DNA from: an uncultured virus (IMG/VR IMGVR_UViG_3300009080_001637)
Taxonomy: Duplodnaviria > Heunggongvirae > Uroviricota > Caudoviricetes
Strand: one strand, 5' to 3'
Virus record (IMG/VR): IMGVR_UViG_3300009080_001637
DNA length: 56,206 nucleotides
In this document: positions 30,026-38,705 of the stretch, piece by piece
Layout of the letters: the number at the start of each line of letters is the position of its first letter
How positions within the stretch are numbered: position 1 is the stretch's first letter
The notes under the pieces: model-generated
Seen by the model: the letters and a program-made list of their open reading frames with translations, nothing else
What the model was told of the DNA's origin: nothing
The model's database searches: none
Translations under genes and position numbers: made by a program

Positions 30026-30183
30026 TGAAGATGAATATTAAAAAATCTAGGTTAAAAAAGATCATAAGCGAAGAAATTGATTTATTTGTAGAGAATATTA
30101 AGAAAGAAAAGACAATACAGAGCAGCGAAGATGAATTAAGAAATCTCGTTAGGAAGGAGATCTTAAAAGCTCTCGATGAATAA
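30025..30183 (+). CDS. Small 52-aa protein missing from the ORF track: MKMNIKKSRLKKIISEEIDLFVENIKKEKTIQSSEDELRNLVRKEILKALDE
   Basis: Hand-translated. TAATG coupling at 30023-30027; fills the gap to the terminase; carries the recurrent L..II.EE motif. Confidence 0.7.
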   Translation: MKMNIKKSRLKKIISEEIDLFVENIKKEKTIQSSEDELRNLVRKEILKALDE

Positions 30184-30191
30184 ACAGACTT

Positions 30192-31763
30192 ATGGCATTA
30201 ACAAAAAAAGAAATGATGCGGGAATTAAAACAGTGTGGGAAAGACCCATTTTATTTCCTGAATAATTATGCAAAAATCGAGCACGCTGAGAAGGGGCTAA
30301 TCCCTTTCAAGACTTTCGATTACCAAGAACAACTCCTAAAAGATTTTCATGACCACAGATATAATATAATTTTGAAAGCGCGTCAATTAGGTATAACCAC
30401 AATTTCTGCGGGGTATATAGCTTGGATGATGTTCTTTCAGAGGAATAAGTATGTCCTTGTTATGGCAACGAAATTTGATGTAGCGACTACGTTGGTGCAG
30501 AAAGTCAAAGCGATCATCAATCATCTTCCCCCTTTTTTCAAACAATTAACAAATGTTGATCTGAACAACAGAACTTTTTTCTCACTAAAAAATGGATCAA
30601 AAATTCAAGCGTCTTCTACCTCCTCTGACGCAGGCCGTTCTAAGTCGGCATCGTTGTTAGTCATAGATGAAGCAGCTCATATAGAAAAGTTTGAAGATTT
30701 GTGGACAGGTTTACAACAAACCCTTGCAACTGGAGGTCGATGTATTGCTTTATCAACTCCGAACGGCGTTGGCAATTGGTTTCATAAGACTTGGGTTTCT
30801 GCGGAGAGCGGCAACAGCAATTTTAAACCAACCGAACTGATGTGGGATGTTCACCCTGACCGGGACCTAGAGTGGTTTAGACAAAACACAAAAGATCTCA
30901 CAAAAAGACAAATCGCTCAGGAATTACAGTGTAATTTTAATGCCTCTGGAGATACAGTCTTTACGCCGGAAGATATTGGAGCAATATTTAACTCAACCAA
31001 GGAGCCGGAGTATAAAACTCAATTTGATAGAAACTATTGGATCTGGGAGACCTTTAACAAAGACTTCACCTATATGATCTCTGCTGATGTTGCCAGAGGC
31101 GACGGGGCAGATTATTCAGTTTTTCATGTTTTGAAGTTAGAAACAATGGAAATCATTGCCGAATATCAAGGAAAGGTGGCACCAGATATATTCGCAGAGA
31201 TCTTATATGGCGCTGGGTCTGAATACGGCAATTGTATGATTGTTGTCGAAAACAATACAATTGGGTTCTCTACACTAGAAAAACTAAAAGAGAAGAAGTA
31301 CCCTAATATATATCATTCAATAAAGTCAACTCACGAGTATATCGAGGAGTATCTGGCCGAGAACAGAGGAGGCGCTGTAGCGGGGTTTACGACTTCTTCA
31401 AAAACTCGGCCATTGATTATCGCCAAGCTTGAGCAATTTATTAGAAATAGAGTGATTACCATATATTCCTCAAGGTTGGCAAACGAAATGAAGACTTTTA
31501 TATGGCATAACGGCAAGGCAACTGCCCAAAGGGGATATCACGATGATCTTATTATGGCGCTAGCTATTGGCTGCTGGGTCAGAGATACAGCTATCATTGA
31601 AAACAGGCGAGACGTGGAATACACAAAGGCAGCCTTGACTGCGATAACGACATACAACTCAACATTAAATACTTCAATCGATGGGATGCCCGAACATCGC
31701 TCTATAAATAACAGTGGTAAGATTAATCAGCAAAGAGAACTTCTCTGGCTATACAAAGGTTAA
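30192..31763 (+). CDS. terL: Terminase large subunit (T4 gp17-like)
   Basis: Walker A KARQLGITT, Walker B LVIDEAAH, motif III STPNG, nuclease ADVARG.G.DYS and HDDLIMA. Confidence 0.95.
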   Translation: MALTKKEMMRELKQCGKDPFYFLNNYAKIEHAEKGLIPFKTFDYQEQLLKDFHDHRYNIILKARQLGITTISAGYIAWMMFFQRNKYVLVMATKFDVATTLVQKVKAIINHLPPFFKQLTNVDLNNRTFFSLKNGSKIQASSTSSDAGRSKSASLLVIDEAAHIEKFEDLWTGLQQTLATGGRCIALSTPNGVGNWFHKTWVSAESGNSNFKPTELMWDVHPDRDLEWFRQNTKDLTKRQIAQELQCNFNASGDTVFTPEDIGAIFNSTKEPEYKTQFDRNYWIWETFNKDFTYMISADVARGDGADYSVFHVLKLETMEIIAEYQGKVAPDIFAEILYGAGSEYGNCMIVVENNTIGFSTLEKLKEKKYPNIYHSIKSTHEYIEEYLAENRGGAVAGFTTSSKTRPLIIAKLEQFIRNRVITIYSSRLANEMKTFIWHNGKATAQRGYHDDLIMALAIGCWVRDTAIIENRRDVEYTKAALTAITTYNSTLNTSIDGMPEHRSINNSGKINQQRELLWLYKG

Positions 31764-31771
31764 AATAATAC

Positions 31772-33763
31772 ATGTCGAGTAAAAAAAGAAAAATATCTCC
31801 TTTATATCGAAGATTAACTAAATTGTTTTCAGGGCCGTTGGTTAATTATCGGTCACAAACTGAGAAGCAGCTAAAAAGAAGATACCTTGATAAATATAAT
31901 TTTAAGTCCCTTAGTGGGCAAACTTTCAAGAAGACTGCGTACAATCCTTTAGAAAACTTGACGTCTGAATTAATGTCTTCTCAAGAGAGAGTCGGCAGAT
32001 ATAGTGACTTTAATCAAATGGAGCACAGACCTGAGTTGGCTTCGGCGCTTGATATTTATGCAGATGAAATGACAACATCGAGTGGACTCTCTAAAATGTT
32101 GAAAATCGATTGTCCCAATGAAGAGATTAAATCTATTCTAGAAGCCCTCTATACGAACATCCTTAATGTCGAACAAAATTTACATGGTTGGTGTCGTGCT
32201 ATGTGCAAATATGGTGACTTTTATCTTTATCTTGATATAGACGAAGATTTTGGGATCAAATATGTCCACGGACTACCAGTCGGAGAAATAGAGCGGATGG
32301 AGGGTAAGGATCAGACAAACCCAAATTATATTCAATATCAATGGAATACTGGCGGAATAACCTTCGAAAGCTGGCAAGTAGCACATTTTCGGGCCCTTGG
32401 CAACGATAAATTCGCCCCATATGGAACCTCAGTACTCGATCCCGCCCGTAGAATATGGAGGCAGTTAAACCTGCTTGAAGACGCGATGATGGCTTATAGG
32501 ATTGTTAGATCGCCCGAACGTAGAGTTTTTTATATAGATATTGGTAATATGGGCCCGGAAGATGTAGAACAATATATTGAAAAAGTAAAAACACAAATGA
32601 AGCGTAATCAAGTTGTTAACACTAATACGGGCCGGGTTGACTTGAGGTACAATCCTCTTTCTATAGATGAAGATTATTTTATACCAACTAGATCGGGGAA
32701 TACTTCAAGGATTGAGACCCTACCCGGAGGTTCCTACACTGGCGATATAGATGATGTTAAATATATGCAAAACAATCTATACGCCGCCATCAAAGTCCCT
32801 CAGGCATATATAAGCAGGGGAGAAGGAGCGAATGAGGATAAATCAACCCTCGCCCAAAAAGATATTAGGTTTGCGAGAACAGTCCAAAGACTACAAAGAA
32901 ATATTATTTCAGAGATGGAAAAAATTGGAATCATTCACCTTTATACTCTTGGGTTCAAAGGCAGAGATCTCATAAATTTTAGGTTGTCTTTAAATAATCC
33001 CTCTAAGATTGCCGAGATGCAGGAGCTGGAGCATTGGCGGACAAAATTTGATGTTGCTTCTACTGCGACAGATGGGTTTTTTAGCAAGAGATGGGTAGCT
33101 AAGAATATTTTTAACCTGTCAGAAGAAGAATTTGTTAGGATACAACGAGAAATGTATCATGATGCAAAATTTAGAGCATCTCTTGAGAAAGTCGCAGAGA
33201 TCGCGCAACAAGAATCCGGAGGGGACTTCATGGGAACCAGTGTGCCTGCCTCCGAAGCGACGCCGCCCGACGGAGGCGAAGATGGGCCGGTAGATCTAGC
33301 TGGTGAGAGCCCGGGGGATGATCCTGCGGGAGGCGGAGCCAGCAGCGCCGAACCAGAGTCGGGAGATTCCCCTGACTCTGAAGACTCCGCAGTTGACTCA
33401 CTACTGGCTGTTCCTGAAGCTGGCGCAGGAAAGCGTGATGATAGATGGTATATGTCTCACCGGAAAAAAGGAGTGGCTGGACCAAAAGATAAAGGCAAGA
33501 AATATAATCCGGTTGCAAGTGATTCGCGGTCAATGGGGGCCAGAAAAAGAAGCTACTTTGCCGCAGACGGCGAATCAACCAATACAGTGAGGAGTACGTT
33601 TAAAGGATTAAGTGATCTTCGAAGGTATTCTAGGGGTATTTACGAAGAGGGGCAAACTAGTTATGTTAATGAGGAAGAGAACCTTTTGTTTGAAATGAAA
33701 AGGGAAGTAGCCGACTTGATCAAGGGTATGGAGTTAAAGAAAAATGAGAATGAAACACAATAA
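31772..33763 (+). CDS. Portal protein (T4 gp20-like) with long low-complexity C-terminal tail
   Basis: LEDAMMAYRIVRSPERRVFYIDIGN, EDYFIP, IETLPGG, DDVKY and DIRFARTVQRLQ. Confidence 0.95.
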   Translation: MSSKKRKISPLYRRLTKLFSGPLVNYRSQTEKQLKRRYLDKYNFKSLSGQTFKKTAYNPLENLTSELMSSQERVGRYSDFNQMEHRPELASALDIYADEMTTSSGLSKMLKIDCPNEEIKSILEALYTNILNVEQNLHGWCRAMCKYGDFYLYLDIDEDFGIKYVHGLPVGEIERMEGKDQTNPNYIQYQWNTGGITFESWQVAHFRALGNDKFAPYGTSVLDPARRIWRQLNLLEDAMMAYRIVRSPERRVFYIDIGNMGPEDVEQYIEKVKTQMKRNQVVNTNTGRVDLRYNPLSIDEDYFIPTRSGNTSRIETLPGGSYTGDIDDVKYMQNNLYAAIKVPQAYISRGEGANEDKSTLAQKDIRFARTVQRLQRNIISEMEKIGIIHLYTLGFKGRDLINFRLSLNNPSKIAEMQELEHWRTKFDVASTATDGFFSKRWVAKNIFNLSEEEFVRIQREMYHDAKFRASLEKVAEIAQQESGGDFMGTSVPASEATPPDGGEDGPVDLAGESPGDDPAGGGASSAEPESGDSPDSEDSAVDSLLAVPEAGAGKRDDRWYMSHRKKGVAGPKDKGKKYNPVASDSRSMGARKRSYFAADGESTNTVRSTFKGLSDLRRYSRGIYEEGQTSYVNEEENLLFEMKREVADLIKGMELKKNENETQ

Positions 33764-34574
33764 AAAAAGAAATATTGCTTTTATATATGAGGCTTTGATT
33801 AGAGAGGCGACTAAGGCAGTTATCAATAAAGAGTCTTCTCAAAAGATAAAGGTCTTCTCAATTTTGAAAGAGTTTTTCTCGAAAGACAAGATACTTGCCA
33901 AAGAACTACGGACGTACAAGGCCATCTACGAAACCGACTCTGTTGACAAAAAAATAGCAGATAAAATTATTCAAGAGGCCAAGATAGAATATCTTAGATT
34001 GGATAAAGAAAAAATATTCCAAGAACAAACAAAGTTGATTGACACCATCAATACCGAACTTTCTCCGAAAATTTACAATAATTTTATCCCAAACTATAAA
34101 GATCTGGCTACAATTCATCAAATATTCAACTCTTCTACCTCTATTAAGTCTAGAGTTATCCTTGAGGAATCAATCGCGAAAAATATATCGATGAGGGCGG
34201 GGTCGCTTAAGTCTATGAAGACTGTCGATAATTTAACGATGAAGACCTTCCTTAAAAAATATAATAAGAAGTATGGAGATCTTCTAGAAGAACAGAAAAA
34301 TTTACTTGGTTGGTTCATTACTTCTTTCGATGACAAAGGAACTTCATTAAAGCTTTATCTTAATGATGAAATCTCAAGGCTAAGAGATGAACTGAAAGAG
34401 TCGAAGAATGTTAAAGGCATTTCCGACGACGACATGATTATGAAAAAAATAGGGCTTGTCCTTGAGACTCTCGACTCTTATAGCGAGAGAGAAATTGATC
34501 GTTCAATGCTACAACAAATATTGAAGATACAAAATTTAGTTGGAGATCTTAAAGAAAATGTCAATAACGATTAA
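33744..34574 (+). CDS. Hypothetical head-module protein
   Basis: 276 aa starting MRMKHNKKRN; overlaps the portal stop. Confidence 0.7.
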   Translation: MRMKHNKKRNIAFIYEALIREATKAVINKESSQKIKVFSILKEFFSKDKILAKELRTYKAIYETDSVDKKIADKIIQEAKIEYLRLDKEKIFQEQTKLIDTINTELSPKIYNNFIPNYKDLATIHQIFNSSTSIKSRVILEESIAKNISMRAGSLKSMKTVDNLTMKTFLKKYNKKYGDLLEEQKNLLGWFITSFDDKGTSLKLYLNDEISRLRDELKESKNVKGISDDDMIMKKIGLVLETLDSYSEREIDRSMLQQILKIQNLVGDLKENVNND

Positions 34575-35091
34575 GGTAGGGCCAGAGGCTCACAAAAAAA
34601 CCGTAACCCTACACGCCAGAAAGTCGGTTAACGGTGATATTATTTTATATGACCACCCGGAAGTCGATATAGTAGTGGCCCCGAGGAAGAAGAGGATAAC
34701 AATCATCGCGAAAGAGCGAATAACCGACGATGTTTACGATGTGCAGGATAGAATCTTCTCATATCTTGCAAAAAAAGGGATTGTCGCGCTGGATTCTATT
34801 CAAGGTGGCAACGTTTATGGGACGATGGAAGCAAAGTATCAAATCAACGATAACCTTAACGGCTTAAATTTGCTTCTTATAGAACTGGAGAGGTACATCA
34901 GCAGCGATAAACAGGGCTATATTTATAACGATTATTTTGAGAAAATGGAAGAATCTTTTGTAGACCCCGATGAGGAAAACTCAACTGAATTGGGCGAAGT
35001 TCCTCATGAAGAGTCACAAGGGTCTCTCCGCCCCGGATACCTTCTTTACCCATATGGATCGGTTGGATCCATGAGCTTACATAGGATGTAA
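34558..35091 (+). CDS. Hypothetical head-module protein
   Basis: ATG at 34558 (MSITIKVG...), 177 aa, acidic C-terminus. Confidence 0.65.
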   Translation: MSITIKVGPEAHKKTVTLHARKSVNGDIILYDHPEVDIVVAPRKKRITIIAKERITDDVYDVQDRIFSYLAKKGIVALDSIQGGNVYGTMEAKYQINDNLNGLNLLLIELERYISSDKQGYIYNDYFEKMEESFVDPDEENSTELGEVPHEESQGSLRPGYLLYPYGSVGSMSLHRM

Positions 35092-35092
35092 A

Positions 35093-35392
35093 ATGGAACT
35101 ATTAACTTTTGTCTTGGTCGCGTATGGAATGACTCTGATTCTTGCTTATGGTAAGGTGCTAGATAAAATTAGACCTGATTACTATTTTTTTAGATGTCCA
35201 ATGTGTCTAGGATTTTGGGTTGGAGTATTTCTCTGTGCTATTAACTCGTGGACAGGACTATTTACTTTCGATTGCTCTTTTGTGACTGCTTTTTTACTCG
35301 GCTGTCTTTCGTCTGGAACTTCGTATGCCCTTACGATGTTGTTCGATGATTATGGAGTAAATATTAATTTAACGGGAGGTGATAAAACATGA
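35093..35392 (+). CDS. Small membrane protein, DUF1360-like (CxxCxxxW)
   Basis: 99 aa with three hydrophobic segments and FFRCPMCLGFWVG. Confidence 0.6.
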   Translation: MELLTFVLVAYGMTLILAYGKVLDKIRPDYYFFRCPMCLGFWVGVFLCAINSWTGLFTFDCSFVTAFLLGCLSSGTSYALTMLFDDYGVNINLTGGDKT

Positions 35393-35457
35393 TGAAGCGT
35401 TATATGTTACGTGGAGTTAGGCGTTGTAGATCTGGGTGTATACCCGTGCCGGGGTGA
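35389..35457 (+). CDS. Candidate 22-aa basic, Cys-containing peptide MMKRYMLRGVRRCRSGCIPVPG
   Basis: Very strong SD GGGAGGTGA (35374-35382) and ATGA overlap with the upstream stop. Its stop lies in a GC hairpin loop. Confidence 0.45.
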   Translation: MMKRYMLRGVRRCRSGCIPVPG

Positions 35458-35481
35458 GCCCGGCTTTAGAGGAAAAGGCTA

Positions 35482-36270
35482 GTGAATAAACGAAATAAAA
35501 AAACGACTGTACTACTAGAAGACGTAACTCACGAAGATTTTAAAACCGAAGAGGCGTGGGAAAAATTTCTTCGCCTATGGTATTTAACAAAAGGTACGTT
35601 TCATCCGAATGAGGATCGCCAAGCTGGGCTGAAAGCCCAAGACGAAAAAGAATATCAGGCAAGAAACGACAAGCGCCAAGTTGTGACTGGTGCAGTGGAG
35701 AACAAGAAAGTGGTTGATTCAAATGACAAACCCACCAAAGATATTAATAAGGTCCCTAGCGACGATATCAAAAAAATATATAATCATATTGATAAGATAA
35801 CGGATTATGTTACAACATTAAATATCAGAACAATAAAACGGGAAGATTTTAAACAGATGAGAATGCGTGTTGACGATCTGGAAAGGGGGCTGGCCGTGAA
35901 ACTCGGTAAGATGGCTGTTGATATTGATAAAATAAATAAAGCTCCAGAGATACGAGCAGCTAGAGAAGAGAATGAAAGGGGAAGCCGAGGGCCCGCAAGA
36001 TACCTGAGAAGAAAACAAACAAAAGAAGTGAAGAATTGGATGAAGTCCGAATACCCAGCCTTCTGGGGACCCCTGCCCCAAAAACAAAAAACCTATCTTA
36101 TTGATAAATTTATAGAGGGCGGGACCCCGAGACTTCAAGCGGCAATTGTTGATCTGCAAAAAAAGCTCGCGTTGACCGAGCGGGTGGATCCTTTAGAAGA
36201 AATTCGAATAAATAAACTAAACGAAAAAACAGCCAATTGGCAATACTTAGCAGGAATAAAGAAAAGATGA
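35482..36270 (+). CDS. Hypothetical charged helical protein ending WQYLAGIKKR (candidate prohead core/internal protein)
   Basis: 262 aa, GTG start after GAGG. C-terminus resembles the scaffold C-terminus. Confidence 0.6.
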   Translation: MNKRNKKTTVLLEDVTHEDFKTEEAWEKFLRLWYLTKGTFHPNEDRQAGLKAQDEKEYQARNDKRQVVTGAVENKKVVDSNDKPTKDINKVPSDDIKKIYNHIDKITDYVTTLNIRTIKREDFKQMRMRVDDLERGLAVKLGKMAVDIDKINKAPEIRAAREENERGSRGPARYLRRKQTKEVKNWMKSEYPAFWGPLPQKQKTYLIDKFIEGGTPRLQAAIVDLQKKLALTERVDPLEEIRINKLNEKTANWQYLAGIKKR

Positions 36271-36863
36271 GTAAGTATGTTTTAAGAGAGTATTATGAAC
36301 TTTGTGCAGATGGTATCTGCATGGATGTTTTAAATGAAGAAGAAAAACGAAAAGCGGCAACCGGTGTTGTTTATCTTTCTGGGAAACTTCAAGAGGCTGA
36401 CTGCAGAAACGGCAATGGTCGAAAATATCCGCAAATGATCCTTGAGCGTGAAGTTAAAAACTACCAAAATTTAATCAAAGAACGAAGAGCACTGGGAGAA
36501 TTAGATCACCCCGATGACTCAGTAATCAATCTTAAAAATGTCTCTCATCTAGTTACACAGGTGTGGTGGAGCGGTCCCTCAGTAATGGGGAAGATTGAAG
36601 TCTTAAACACCCCATCGGGCAAAGTTCTTCAAGAATTAATCAATGCGAATGTGAAAATTGGAATATCATCAAGGGGTTTAGGGTCGGTCAGACAGCAGGG
36701 TCAGGATACCATTGTTGAAGATGACTTTCAGCTAATTTGTTTTGATATTGTTTCGGAACCTTCCACTCCTAACGCCTTCATGCTTAAAGAATGGAAACAA
36801 AGAACTTCAGGAAACAACATCATATCTAAACTAAACAAAACTTTGGACGATATATTAAGATGA
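36267..36863 (+). CDS. Prohead core protease (T4 gp21-like, peptidase S77)
   Basis: NGNGRKYP, ALGELDHP, VSH, GISSRGLGS, DIVSEPSTPNA. ATGA start at 36267. Confidence 0.95.
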   Translation: MSKYVLREYYELCADGICMDVLNEEEKRKAATGVVYLSGKLQEADCRNGNGRKYPQMILEREVKNYQNLIKERRALGELDHPDDSVINLKNVSHLVTQVWWSGPSVMGKIEVLNTPSGKVLQELINANVKIGISSRGLGSVRQQGQDTIVEDDFQLICFDIVSEPSTPNAFMLKEWKQRTSGNNIISKLNKTLDDILR

Positions 36864-37558
36864 AATTGACAAAAAAACTTTTAGAATCAATGATTTATAA
36901 CGTGATGGAAGCCGGAACCAAGGTAGAGCTGGATAACCAGTCGAATACTACCCATGTACATGGACGCATCGGAGCTCTCGCTGGAGATACAGTGATAGAA
37001 CCGGGACACCAACCTGCTAACTATCCATCTTCCAAGCCTATTGATATGAAAAACGAAGAAAAAGATTGGCTTGAATTCATAAGAGCGAATTTTAAACAAT
37101 TCCGCACACTACCTCAACTCCTTTATATTATAGAGTCTCTTCTCTATATTGAAAAACATCTGGGCAGGCCAGCAAGATTAAATCCCAACAATAACTTACA
37201 AGAGAACTTGGAAGGAGTAGTGGGTATTAGAGCCAGAGTCCTTACCCGAGCTTTGAGCGACATATTAGCAGAAGACCACGGAATAGATTCTGCTGTCGAG
37301 AATAAAGACGGGATAGCAATATATATTATGAAGACCTCTTTGACTAGCATACTTAACTTTTACGAAAATTTTAATATAGCATATGGCCGTCCGCCTGCGG
37401 TTAAGTACGCAGACCTACCAAAAAATGTCAGTGAAGAATATAGTGCTGAGCGGATGAAAGAGTATGCTAGAGGTACAAAGCAGATGGCCTCAAATCTTTT
37501 GGCTTCTCTCAAAACAGCGATAGAAAACCACACACCTTCAGAGAGAAAAAATGAATAA
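36860..37558 (+). CDS. Hypothetical protein with MKLTK..L..MI N-terminal tag (candidate internal head protein)
   Basis: 232 aa, ATGA-coupled to the protease; starts MKLTKKLLESMIYNVME. Confidence 0.65.
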   Translation: MKLTKKLLESMIYNVMEAGTKVELDNQSNTTHVHGRIGALAGDTVIEPGHQPANYPSSKPIDMKNEEKDWLEFIRANFKQFRTLPQLLYIIESLLYIEKHLGRPARLNPNNNLQENLEGVVGIRARVLTRALSDILAEDHGIDSAVENKDGIAIYIMKTSLTSILNFYENFNIAYGRPPAVKYADLPKNVSEEYSAERMKEYARGTKQMASNLLASLKTAIENHTPSERKNE

Positions 37559-37973
37559 GAGAGAACTAAAACACATATTAAAACCTTTAATCAAAGAATG
37601 TATTAAAGAAGTTATTTTTGAAGATGGGGTTTTATCTAATATTATTTCAGAAGTTGTTATAGGAACAGAATTAATAAAAGAAAATAATAAAAGCTCTTCA
37701 GGCATTATACCTAGATCTAAAAACTTGTCAAGGAAAAAAACAACACAACCTAAAAAACAAAAAATTGAAATGCAGAGCAATCGCAATAAGATTTTAGAAT
37801 CTTTAGGTAAAACAGCATATGGTGGGGTTGACATATTTGAAGGAACTGCTCCCCTCTCAAGGGGAGGTGTACCATCTAACCCATCAGTAGTAAGCACTTC
37901 CTCAGAGGGAGCACCTATGTTTGACGACCTTGATCCTTCGGATCCCGGCGTTGATATCTCCAAATTTTTTTAA
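37551..37973 (+). CDS. Hypothetical head-module protein
   Basis: 140 aa; MNKRELKHILKPLIKECIKEVIFE...DPGVDIS. Confidence 0.7.
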   Translation: MNKRELKHILKPLIKECIKEVIFEDGVLSNIISEVVIGTELIKENNKSSSGIIPRSKNLSRKKTTQPKKQKIEMQSNRNKILESLGKTAYGGVDIFEGTAPLSRGGVPSNPSVVSTSSEGAPMFDDLDPSDPGVDISKFF

Positions 37974-37985
37974 TAAGGAAAACAA

Positions 37986-38252
37986 ATGGCTAAAAGAGTT
38001 AACTTAGAGGTAAAAGTTCGTCATGGCGATTCTTTAGAGCGAGCAATCAAGAAGTTTATGAGGAAGTTAAAGAAAGAAAGAATCGTTGAAGAATATATAG
38101 CGAAGCAACGATATGAAAAGCCGTCAGCGGTTAGGCACAGAAAGAAAAGATTATCTGAGAAAAAGAGAAAACAAGAGTTAGAGGCTGAGAAAGAAAAAGA
38201 GAAAACTATTTATACTAGCGGCGGAAGGCCTCCAAAAAAGACCAAGAGGTAA
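37986..38252 (+). CDS. rpsU: Phage-encoded 30S ribosomal protein bS21
   Basis: VKVRHGDSLERAIKKFMRKLKKE.I..E....RYEKPS..RHRKK is the bS21 signature; SD AAGGA. Confidence 0.88.
   Translation: MAKRVNLEVKVRHGDSLERAIKKFMRKLKKERIVEEYIAKQRYEKPSAVRHRKKRLSEKKRKQELEAEKEKEKTIYTSGGRPPKKTKR
38205..38214 (+). promoter_or_regulatory. Putative late promoter motif ACTATTTATA in the 3' end of the bS21 gene
   Basis: Consensus copy 55 nt before ATG 38260. Confidence 0.5.
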
Positions 38253-38259
38253 ATGAGTC

Positions 38260-38691
38260 ATGTCAACATTTAAATATCACAAACCGGGACTTCAAAACGT
38301 TGGATCATATCAGGCGTCTGCAATCCCATACGTTACGTCATCCTTAACTGTGGCAGCGTCTGGAACAACTGGGCCTACTGTTGTTTCCCTCCCCCAGATT
38401 TCAAGATTTGTCACGGTAAAGAACACTGTTGATGAAGCCTCCACGACAGGCTCGATGAGGGTCGGGTTTTCTTCGCAGGGTACCGTGGCTTCATCTTCCT
38501 TGGGGCACCCGAACAATTATTTTATTCTTGACCCCGGTGAGAGTTATACTGGTGAATGGCGCGTTAGAGATATCTATCTCATGGGTCACGCCGAACATGA
38601 AGCTTCCGCTTCAATAATAGCAGGTCTTACGCCGATCTCCACATCTTCACTAGCCTTTGATAACTGGTCTGGTTCACTCGGCATCGGCTAA
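38260..38691 (+). CDS. Small virion protein (possible head decoration)
   Basis: 143 aa, Ser/Thr/Gly-rich beta-type sequence (GLQNVGSYQASAIPY) within the head module. Confidence 0.55.
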   Translation: MSTFKYHKPGLQNVGSYQASAIPYVTSSLTVAASGTTGPTVVSLPQISRFVTVKNTVDEASTTGSMRVGFSSQGTVASSSLGHPNNYFILDPGESYTGEWRVRDIYLMGHAEHEASASIIAGLTPISTSSLAFDNWSGSLGIG

Positions 38692-38705
38692 TACAGGGGG
38701 TCACG

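Noticed and set aside
30192..33763. Inteins or introns in terminase/portal (also checked primase and SbcDC)
   Set aside because: Core motifs are contiguous at normal spacing; no C...HN/LAGLIDADG signatures or ORF interruptions.
35455..35469. Selenocysteine/readthrough at the TGA in the hairpin loop
   Set aside because: Readthrough adds only ARL before TAG, and the hairpin encloses the TGA rather than following it as a bacterial SECIS would.
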